Below the pieces are notes generated by a model, which worked only from the letters and a program-made list of their open reading frames with translations, made no database searches and had not been told where the DNA came from. From a virus (lineage: Duplodnaviria > Caudoviricetes), in the IMG/VR virus record IMGVR_UViG_3300005805_000073, positions 1 through 64,000 of that record: DNA of 64,000 bases; one strand, 5' to 3'. A program made the position numbers and the translations under genes. This document shows, one piece after another, positions 57,019-64,000 of the stretch (position 1 is the first letter of the stretch; each line of letters opens with the position of its first letter).

Positions 57019-57911
57019 AATACCTCCAGATATTTAAAATAGGCTAGTTCTTTTGCCTTGGTCTCCAAATCAACATCAATATTTAGTCCATAATCATCAA
57101 TCTTTTTGAACGCATAGTCGGAGTGAGCTCGGGGATTACCTTCCACATTTTCGTTTAAATTTTTGCTTTCACTGTAATGAAACAAAGGTGTGGTATCCCA
57201 GGTAGATGCTGCCAACTCAGCTGCTTGTTGAGAAGTCAACCCAGCTGGGTGAAATGTGTGATGAAAATAATCAAATGTGATGGGTGTCTTGATACGAGAA
57301 TAAATTTCCTCGTACAATTGCTTCACAGAAAAAGAGTTGGCTTTGTCATCATTCTCTACAACTAACCGTTGTTGTGTAGCACTGTTTAGATTTTGAAACT
57401 GCTCACAGAACCGGTCAATAATGTCCTGAGAATAATTCATACCTACATGAATGTTCAAAGGATAATAATGGCTTACAGGAATACCCATCATGTCAAACAA
57501 CAGATTATGATGTTGTAAATCATGAATGGACCTACGGACCACCTCTGATTTACTAGACGCTAACTTTACAAAATGGTCAGGATGAAAACTTACACGTTGA
57601 CCCGACATCTTGACAATTTCTCCAGCAAGCTGTAGTTGTTCAACAATGTCCATATGATTAGGTAGGTCAGTTACTTCATATTCAGAATTCCATGGGTAAA
57701 TATTGCTACCAATACGAAATACCTGGACGCTATTTGTGGCATTCCATTTTAGAATGGTAACTAAATCTTTCGCGTTCTGTAAGGCTAGCAAGGACGTGCG
57801 TTCAAGCTTTGTGTCCTGTTTGAAAGAAGCTTGGCGCAACGTCCGGCCAGTAGTTATTTTTTGTTTACCTAATGTGAGATTGATACAGCAGTACCCAACA
57901 CGATGTGGCAT
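57015..57911 (-). CDS. uvsE: UV damage endonuclease
   Basis: GYCC, FRI.S...P, R.SFHP..F, ENDD, DYFHH and H.SE...AHSD motifs. Confidence 0.93.
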   Translation of the reverse strand: MPHRVGYCCINLTLGKQKITTGRTLRQASFKQDTKLERTSLLALQNAKDLVTILKWNATNSVQVFRIGSNIYPWNSEYEVTDLPNHMDIVEQLQLAGEIVKMSGQRVSFHPDHFVKLASSKSEVVRRSIHDLQHHNLLFDMMGIPVSHYYPLNIHVGMNYSQDIIDRFCEQFQNLNSATQQRLVVENDDKANSFSVKQLYEEIYSRIKTPITFDYFHHTFHPAGLTSQQAAELAASTWDTTPLFHYSESKNLNENVEGNPRAHSDYAFKKIDDYGLNIDVDLETKAKELAYFKYLEVL

Positions 57912-57936
57912 AACACCTCACTTGAAGTCATACTGA

Positions 57937-57965
57937 AATATAACACTTTGTTATGTGGAAGTCAA
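57937..57965 (-). promoter_or_regulatory. Sigma70-type promoter TTGACT-N17-TATATT
   Basis: Upstream of uvsE, followed by a GAGGT RBS. Confidence 0.7.
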
Positions 57966-58508
57966 GTCCTGAATACCACATTTTCTAAAGGCCCAGGCGC
58001 GTTCTCGGCACTGCCAACACTGGCGACAGCGGCCAATAGCTCTTTCCGTACAGGTGTGTGTTAATGGTAACAAGTCCATCACATCATGTTCCATATACAA
58101 TTTCAGGATGTCAATCTTGGTCAGATGAAAGAATGGATATATGGCTCTTTCACTTTTCATCTGAATTCTTTTTGGTCCCTCTGGTAATTCATCTTCTGGA
58201 TAACTGTTATCACCTATGTAAAAAGAATCACACAAATTGTGTCGCACCACACGATTAATGGCATCACCTAGTATCATTTCATGCGATAAATCTGGATTTC
58301 CTAACACAACGGGAGAATGAATACAGGAGTTGGTTTTGTTAATCACCCAATCAATGATGGGTTGCACATATGTGGTCGCACCATCATGTTTAGGCACCGT
58401 GAATGGTTGAATACATGATGGTGTTTTCTGGGCCACAAGATATAGAAGAAGTGCACTATCCATGCCGCCGGATAAAAAAATGCCTACTCTATGTTCTGCT
58501 GTATGCAT
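57951..58508 (-). CDS. QueC-like PP-loop ATPase (paralog 2)
   Basis: LSGGMDS and THTC...C..CWQCRER.WAF motifs. Confidence 0.8.
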   Translation of the reverse strand: MHTAEHRVGIFLSGGMDSALLLYLVAQKTPSCIQPFTVPKHDGATTYVQPIIDWVINKTNSCIHSPVVLGNPDLSHEMILGDAINRVVRHNLCDSFYIGDNSYPEDELPEGPKRIQMKSERAIYPFFHLTKIDILKLYMEHDVMDLLPLTHTCTERAIGRCRQCWQCRERAWAFRKCGIQDLTST

Positions 58509-58514
58509 TACTTC

Positions 58515-58607
58515 TTAGCGCTTCTTCCGATTGGAACGGTTCTTTCGTTTCTTGCTACCAATCTTTCTGCGACCACGGCGTGGTCGGTTCTTATGCGGAT
58601 GTGGCAT
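58515..58607 (-). CDS. 30-aa highly basic peptide; not in the ORF track
   Basis: MPHPHKNRPRRGRRKIGSKKRKNRSNRKKR*; AAGGAG RBS upstream. Confidence 0.75.
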   Translation of the reverse strand: MPHPHKNRPRRGRRKIGSKKRKNRSNRKKR

Positions 58608-58645
58608 ATTCTACTCCTTGTCTTGTGGCTTGTTCTTTGATGGCT

Positions 58646-58870
58646 TCAACATGCTGTCCACTCAATTCTGTTGCCATCTTCATCAATTCTGGGAAATTCT
58701 CCTTCGTGAGTTTCATTTCGTTTGGGTGCATCATATAATCCTATCTCCTGTGAAAATGCAGTTAATTCATCTGCTTTGTTAAAAATTCTATCCCAATTAT
58801 CATCAAACTGTTTCTTGTTAACACTCAATGGTCGAGGACTATCACCTTTGCCGTTCATAAACACTCTCAA
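58646..58870 (-). CDS. Small hypothetical protein
   Basis: GKGD.PRP.......DNWDRIF, a motif common in small T4-like phage ORFs. Confidence 0.65.
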   Translation of the reverse strand: MRVFMNGKGDSPRPLSVNKKQFDDNWDRIFNKADELTAFSQEIGLYDAPKRNETHEGEFPRIDEDGNRIEWTAC

Positions 58871-59459
58871 ATAACTGGTTGAACTGATTCACATCCTGTA
58901 ACATTTCTTCATCACTATATTTAGATGGATTGTAACGATATTGATTTTTTACAATAGGCAAATTTAATGCTTCATTTATCATGAATGGATTATTAAGAAT
59001 ATCTAAATCATAGAAACTATAGTCACACCTAGATTCAAAATTCATATGCTTATAGTAATAATCTAATCGTTCTTGTATCTCCTGTTCAGATATTACCAAT
59101 GTACCAACGTAAGGATATCGGACATCTTTATTTGCATAAGAATCGGTTTGTTTGGCTACAACGTTTTTTAACACATATCTTCGAATATCCTTAGGTTTGA
59201 TAAAAACCGTTTTATATTTACTATTCAATATATTTTCTACCATGTCCCAACTGTGATTGGAAATGATTTTAATCAAAGGTAAATCAACTATAACCTTTTC
59301 ATATTTTTCCTGTATCTGTTCCGGTGTGTTGTATCTAGGATTGAAAATAGAGCTAGCAAAGGAACTACGATTTTTAAAATCCAAGAACACCAACCCTGCA
59401 TGAATTTGATGCCAGGTGAAGGTGGATGCTGTTCTAGGTAATGATATAATGCAATACAT
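58842..59459 (-). CDS. Putative sulfotransferase-like P-loop protein
   Basis: N-terminal IISLPRTAST resembles the PAPS-binding loop. Confidence 0.45.
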   Translation of the reverse strand: MYCIISLPRTASTFTWHQIHAGLVFLDFKNRSSFASSIFNPRYNTPEQIQEKYEKVIVDLPLIKIISNHSWDMVENILNSKYKTVFIKPKDIRRYVLKNVVAKQTDSYANKDVRYPYVGTLVISEQEIQERLDYYYKHMNFESRCDYSFYDLDILNNPFMINEALNLPIVKNQYRYNPSKYSDEEMLQDVNQFNQLFESVYERQR

Positions 59460-59674
59460 TAGTCACCTTTTTTTTCTAAACCAAAATTTATATACTTATA
59501 CCAAACACGTTCATGAATGAAGTATATTATAGGCTTTATTATTAATTCAACAACACCTGCGATGGATGAAATGTAAATGCTACCTGTAAGAATATATCCT
59601 ATTATTACTGTCTGTAAACTTCCTAGTATCCTATACGAAATGGATTTTGCAATATGCCGTTTTACATGAACCAT
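59459..59674 (-). CDS. DUF2061-like small membrane protein
   Basis: RHIAKSISYR...YFIHERVW motif. Confidence 0.85.
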   Translation of the reverse strand: MVHVKRHIAKSISYRILGSLQTVIIGYILTGSIYISSIAGVVELIIKPIIYFIHERVWYKYINFGLEKKGD

Positions 59675-60439
59675 TTACCTACCCATCTCCTTACGAATCT
59701 TGGTTGCTGAGATGTTTTCTATCTCGGCATCAAGTGAAATTTTCTCAACTTCATATCCCACATCTCTTCCGTAATACACACCACAGATGTTAGGTGCCTG
59801 AATGACAATATATTTGTTATTGTATTCCTTTAATGCCTCATGAATTCTATTTTTCACAAAGATGAAGTCAAATGGATTCTTTTCATCAGTGCCATGAGTA
59901 TCACGAACCATAATCATCACTTGTCCTTGCTTCTTCAAAATCTCCTCGAACAGCTTCTTATGACCATCATGGAAAGGTTGGAATCTTCCAATCATTAGTC
60001 CTGTAGGCTTTTTGTTGTCAAAGGCAATACCCATGTTGATACGCCACATAATATCCTTTACTTGATCCTCAACAACTCCCCACTCGGTAATCACATAGTC
60101 GGGATGTATAGGGCGTTCAAATGCTCGGTTGGTATCCTCAAACCGCCCTTCTGAAATAGTATCCATGAAGATGGTAAAATCAGCAGAATAGTGTCTCCGA
60201 GTTTCCTCAGTGGGACATACAAAGTCTGCTACTACGTGTTTTTCGTAATCTTCTGCCACCCAGGCCAGGTCTGCCATACGTTGTGCTTGTCGAACTCGAC
60301 CTTCATTGGTGAAATCCCAATCATTATATTGTTTGCGAACTTCATCAGCATTTAAATACACAGCATCTAACTTTTCGGCTAACACTTTTGATAACGTGGT
60401 CTTACCTGAGCCAGGAAGACCCATCACTAAAATTCTCAT
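59675..60439 (-). CDS. cysC: Adenylyl-sulfate kinase fused to a cytidylyltransferase-like (HIGH-type) domain
   Basis: GLPGSGKT...NAD.VR...F...GR..Q...DFVCP; C-terminal IGRFQPFHDGH...SATKIR. Confidence 0.88.
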   Translation of the reverse strand: MRILVMGLPGSGKTTLSKVLAEKLDAVYLNADEVRKQYNDWDFTNEGRVRQAQRMADLAWVAEDYEKHVVADFVCPTEETRRHYSADFTIFMDTISEGRFEDTNRAFERPIHPDYVITEWGVVEDQVKDIMWRINMGIAFDNKKPTGLMIGRFQPFHDGHKKLFEEILKKQGQVMIMVRDTHGTDEKNPFDFIFVKNRIHEALKEYNNKYIVIQAPNICGVYYGRDVGYEVEKISLDAEIENISATKIRKEMGR

Positions 60440-61461
60440 ACTCCCTCCGGCGTTGTAGACCAAACTATGGTTCGTAATTCAGGTTTATATTCCTTTCGTA
60501 TCTGTGTTTCTACAAAACGTTTAAAATCATTTACATCTCTAAATGTGTGTCGAACACCGCGGTGATAAACACCAAACATCCCTACAATTTCAAGAACATC
60601 AATCTTATTGATGATGAGGTCTGTGACATCATTAATGTACATGGCTTGAATGACATCATCAAGATGCAACCAACGTACCTGACGCTTTCTTCCTGTTGTA
60701 GCTCCAAATTCTTGTCCAGCTTCCTGAATCTTGTCTAGAAGTTCCTGGTCACCTTTATCATTATAAGATTTAAATCCTGAATATGTTTCATAAGCCTTCA
60801 TCACACCATACACACTACGCCAAGTTCTAGGAGGCACACCATTCAATGCCACAGCACCTGAAGTGCAATGTGAACTGGTGACATAGGGATAATCACCCCA
60901 ATCAATATCAATTTGAAATCCTTGAGCACCCTCACAGAGGATGTTTAAGTCACGATGTTCATTATGAAAGAATTGATATGTATCAATCATATCATATGGC
61001 AGGTCCCAACTATTATATTTCAAAAACTCACGCATACGGGTTCCTGTTCTTCCATACTTGTCACGATAGGTAGGACCAATGCCCTGACGTGTGGTACCTA
61101 TTTTTGTATCACTACTATCTTCATCAAGGTGTTTTTGTGTTGTGATATGACACCGAGCATCAATCATGATGGGAGCATCAAATCCTAATTGTTCCAGCAT
61201 TTCAATTTCTTCACGAAGCTTCGGTAAATTCACAACACACCCAACACCAATCACGCAAGGAATGCCGTAAAATATTCCCACTGGGACTTGGTGTGTAACA
61301 ATTTTCTTACCTTCATGATAAATGGTATGTCCGGCATTGGCACCGCCATTATACCGTAACACAACATCATAATTATTGTTCTTGGCCAACCAGTGGGATA
61401 CCTTCCCTTTGCCTGTATCACCTGCCTGTAAATCTACCACAATGTCTGCATAACGAATCAT
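60436..61461 (-). CDS. purA: Adenylosuccinate synthetase
   Basis: GDTGKGK, GGANAGHT, IGTT.QGIGPTY.DK, EGAQG..D.D.G.YPYVTSS, GATTGRKR and NKID motifs. Confidence 0.95.
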   Translation of the reverse strand: MIRYADIVVDLQAGDTGKGKVSHWLAKNNNYDVVLRYNGGANAGHTIYHEGKKIVTHQVPVGIFYGIPCVIGVGCVVNLPKLREEIEMLEQLGFDAPIMIDARCHITTQKHLDEDSSDTKIGTTRQGIGPTYRDKYGRTGTRMREFLKYNSWDLPYDMIDTYQFFHNEHRDLNILCEGAQGFQIDIDWGDYPYVTSSHCTSGAVALNGVPPRTWRSVYGVMKAYETYSGFKSYNDKGDQELLDKIQEAGQEFGATTGRKRQVRWLHLDDVIQAMYINDVTDLIINKIDVLEIVGMFGVYHRGVRHTFRDVNDFKRFVETQIRKEYKPELRTIVWSTTPEGV

Positions 61462-61470
61462 AATTTATCC

Positions 61471-61794
61471 TCAGGCGCTGAAGCTACTCCCACAGCCGCA
61501 TCCACCTGTTGCATTAGGGTTATTGAATTTAAATCCTGAAGCTTCCATCGTAGATATGTAGTCTAAATTTAATTCATTAAGATATTGACTACTAAAAGGA
61601 TCTACTAGAATTTTCACTTTATCTGATACTTCTACTACCTCATCATCTTCATTGGAGGCTTCTTCTATTCCCATGGAGTATCTAAATCCAGAACAGCCGC
61701 CTGGCATTACACTAATTCTTACGTAACTGCATTTCTCTCGTTCCAATGCAGTTTCTAATTCTGATAATGCAGAAGGGGTTACTTGAATATTCAT
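61471..61794 (-). CDS. iscA: Fe-S cluster assembly accessory protein (HesB/IscA)
   Basis: GGCSGF.Y...LDY......GF.F.NPNA...CGCG.SF motif. Confidence 0.95.
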   Translation of the reverse strand: MNIQVTPSALSELETALEREKCSYVRISVMPGGCSGFRYSMGIEEASNEDDEVVEVSDKVKILVDPFSSQYLNELNLDYISTMEASGFKFNNPNATGGCGCGSSFSA

Positions 61795-62006
61795 CAGCGA
61801 CCTCGATTCACGAAACGAGTTAAAGTATGTACAGCTTGCTTGTTTTCAGGTCGGACGAACACCACTCTACCTGCTGTCTTGTGGTCATACACCATGGCAC
61901 CCACATACTTCTGCACACCTGAGCACCCCACACAAGTTTGTGTGTCTGGAAGCACTTCCAGCCGACTACTAGGAATCATGGACTTACACCGAGCACAGGT
62001 TCTCAT
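61794..62006 (-). CDS. TraR/DksA-like C4 zinc-finger protein
   Basis: CARC...IP..RL..LP....CV.C motif. Confidence 0.8.
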   Translation of the reverse strand: MRTCARCKSMIPSSRLEVLPDTQTCVGCSGVQKYVGAMVYDHKTAGRVVFVRPENKQAVHTLTRFVNRGR

Positions 62007-62692
62007 ATTTCCTCAAAGGTTAATTTGATTGGGTCAACAAGTTCCGATTCATCATGAACATAGTATTTTAATACAGCAACCGCGCCTACCGGATATTGCA
62101 CATTGGAATAACTATAAAATCTATAATTAGAGTTTTTAATAAAGTCAAACACAGCATTCTGTAAAGATTTCACTACCCAAAAATCATCAACCATAATATA
62201 TCTAGGTTGTAATCTTTTAGTTAACATAAGCTCTTCCATTAAACAATCATAGGTATGACCACTATCCAACCAGGCAAAATCTATACGAACATTATCTCGT
62301 TTTAATTTTTGAAGAAGCTCTGTTCCTGTTGTATGATAATATTCCACATTATTTTTTTCATAATGCGAATTAATGAAATCAACGCAGCGTTGTGAATGAT
62401 TCTTTACATCATAATCACACGTATATAATTTAAATTCATCCAAGGTTTCATACAACAGATAGCTAAAGGATCCATAGTTGGTTCCTGTTTCAACAAATGT
62501 GAGGGGTCTAGATTCTTCTGCAGCTGCCTGTAAAATGGTTTCCCGCATAAATGTGGTACCAATTTTAGAAAATTTTAAATCATTTTCAGTAAGCATATCA
62601 ATACAACCTGCATTGCCACCCCAGCCCATGCGGTTATTCAAGCTCTCATTCTTTAAAAATTCAAAGACAGGACCTTGGTAAATGTCTTTCAT
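62003..62692 (-). CDS. Class I SAM methyltransferase (Methyltransf_24-like)
   Basis: VETGTNYG.....D...IDFAWLDSGH.Y......DD motifs. Confidence 0.8.
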   Translation of the reverse strand: MKDIYQGPVFEFLKNESLNNRMGWGGNAGCIDMLTENDLKFSKIGTTFMRETILQAAAEESRPLTFVETGTNYGSFSYLLYETLDEFKLYTCDYDVKNHSQRCVDFINSHYEKNNVEYYHTTGTELLQKLKRDNVRIDFAWLDSGHTYDCLMEELMLTKRLQPRYIMVDDFWVVKSLQNAVFDFIKNSNYRFYSYSNVQYPVGAVAVLKYYVHDESELVDPIKLTFEEI

Positions 62693-62717
62693 ATCATCTC
62701 CTAATTGGATATCATGT

Positions 62718-62745
62718 AATATAATATTTTTTCTATTGTTGTCAA
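62718..62745 (-). promoter_or_regulatory. Sigma70-type promoter TTGACA-N16-TATATT
   Basis: Upstream of the methyltransferase gene. Confidence 0.6.
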
Positions 62746-62747
62746 GT

Positions 62748-63800
62748 CTATTTTTTATAAAGTAAATTACCGGCCTCGATATAGAATTTACGTTCTACTG
62801 CACCGGTTGAGGCAGAGGTTCGGATTTTAATACGAGTGGAAAATAGCATCAAACTGGTGCTACCCTTCACCATGAACTTGATGTTATTACCTGATTTCAC
62901 AGCTTCAAACTTCATGGTGCGAATCATACTATCAAACACACTCTTAGGAATTTCTTTGATTTTTCCTCCATCAATATCCACTAGGTCAGCAAGGTCACTA
63001 CCAAACACCTCTTTGGAAATGAACTCAATGGCATTTTTTGAAAACATGACATCACCTGACTTCTTCACCATGTGTTCACCTAGTTTATTATAGATGGCAC
63101 TGATGGCCTTGTTCACGGCTTCTTTTTCCGTGTCCGTCATGGCACGTTGTTCAAAGATGGGACGATATTCTTCAATGAATGCTGTGGAGATGTTAAACGC
63201 CTCAGCAATCTTCTTCATTCCATTAAAGGGACTGAGATTGGACACCGTCTTGGATTTAGACTTCACAGAGAAAGGAATCTTTTCAGTGGCAATCACTTTC
63301 TTCTGAGCATTCATCACTTGTAGGGTGACATCCACATCGGACTTGATTTCTCCGCCTGATACTTCACCGGCGATGCCATCGGCAATCACACGGAAATATA
63401 ATAATTCTTTGGTATTGTTCTCCACATATTTCTTTTTAGTATCGAGCAATCGCTTACCAAAATTACTGGTTTGCACACCTTTCACCAGAGTATCAATCTT
63501 TTGATTGATGCCCCCTATATCATTTTGATTTTCATAAAGAATTTTATAATCTGGACCAAAGGCATCACTTGTGCTTTTGGCTTTTAATCGAATGACACAT
63601 TCCACACTCACCAAATCTTTGTTCTCCACGTGATCCTTGATGACCGTGATTTCCTCATGCCCATCAATGAATTTCATGGGATTGATGATGGTGCGAAGTT
63701 CATTCAACTTCTTTTTATCAATTTCATCATAGGCAAGATATAATCCTGTGGCGAGACAGAAAATCCCTTCCATGATGTCGCCTTCGTTAACTTTTGCCAT
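62748..63800 (-). CDS. Hypothetical protein, possibly PD-(D/E)XK nuclease fold
   Basis: Start moved to MAKVNEGD; E....KSDV...FSVKS pattern is suggestive only. Confidence 0.5.
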   Translation of the reverse strand: MAKVNEGDIMEGIFCLATGLYLAYDEIDKKKLNELRTIINPMKFIDGHEEITVIKDHVENKDLVSVECVIRLKAKSTSDAFGPDYKILYENQNDIGGINQKIDTLVKGVQTSNFGKRLLDTKKKYVENNTKELLYFRVIADGIAGEVSGGEIKSDVDVTLQVMNAQKKVIATEKIPFSVKSKSKTVSNLSPFNGMKKIAEAFNISTAFIEEYRPIFEQRAMTDTEKEAVNKAISAIYNKLGEHMVKKSGDVMFSKNAIEFISKEVFGSDLADLVDIDGGKIKEIPKSVFDSMIRTMKFEAVKSGNNIKFMVKGSTSLMLFSTRIKIRTSASTGAVERKFYIEAGNLLYKK

Positions 63801-64000
63801 GTTGGATGATGTCGTAATAGAATTGGTTGCTATCTTCTGTAGAATATTTAGGGGAATTCTCCACACGATAGGTGTGATGATTAATCAAACGAGAGACCAC
63901 GAGGTCTCGTTTCGTGGTGAAACTCGGGTCAAAGAAACGCATTCTGTTGTTGGGTTGAATGGCATAATGGCCTGAGTCTAAACGAATCACATGTCCGCAT
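63787..64000 (-). CDS. 3' part of a conserved hypothetical phage protein (extends beyond the window)
   Basis: Open frame ...CGHVIRLDSGHYAIQPNNR..., matching a conserved T4-like phage motif. Confidence 0.7.
   Translation of the reverse strand, partial: CGHVIRLDSGHYAIQPNNRMRFFDPSFTTKRDLVVSRLINHHTYRVENSPKYSTEDSNQFYYDIIQHGKS

Noticed and set aside
60436-61461. PurZ (2-aminoadenine Z-genome) instead of PurA
   Set aside because: It retains the catalytic Asp (GDTGKGK, not GS..), the GATTGRKR loop and a GTP-type NKID motif, all PurA-like.

Overview
This window is a 64-kb segment of a T4-like (myovirus) phage genome. It is AT-rich, with AGGAG ribosome-binding sites, TATAAATA late promoters and TTGACA-N17-TAnnnT early promoters. 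Bases 1-29.3 kb hold the tail-fibre, baseplate and tail module (gp8, gp7, gp6, gp25, gp5, gp53, gp48, gp4, gp2, gp54/19-like, gp26, gp51, gp29-like). Bases 29.4-38.4 kb hold gp32, gp59, gp33, a cell-wall hydrolase, a sulfotransferase, a subtilase, a QueC-like protein, a tmRNA, an exonuclease, PhoH and DNA ligase. Bases 38.5-55 kb are a dense glycan and tailoring-enzyme island: RmlC, three SDR epimerases, a split mini TPP E1 alpha/beta pair, three GT10-like paralogs, three radical SAM enzymes, a carbamoyltransferase, a 2OG oxygenase and a methyltransferase. Bases 55-64 kb are auxiliary genes (guaC, purA, cysC fusion, iscA, PspC, amidase, uvsE). Five signals stand out. (1) An unannotated, circularly permuted two-piece tmRNA gene sits behind a late promoter. 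(2) A late-promoted subtilase ends in a six-Cys, Tyr-rich RiPP-like tail and is flanked by a sulfotransferase and a QueC-like gene. (3) A T-TTT-TTC slippery site would fuse gp26 to a start-less gp51 by -1 frameshift. (4) gp5 is split at a single in-frame TAA and carries M15 peptidases instead of lysozyme. (5) Mucin-like Thr repeats in virion proteins could be substrates of the glycan island. All family assignments come from motif recognition by eye; no database searches were run.
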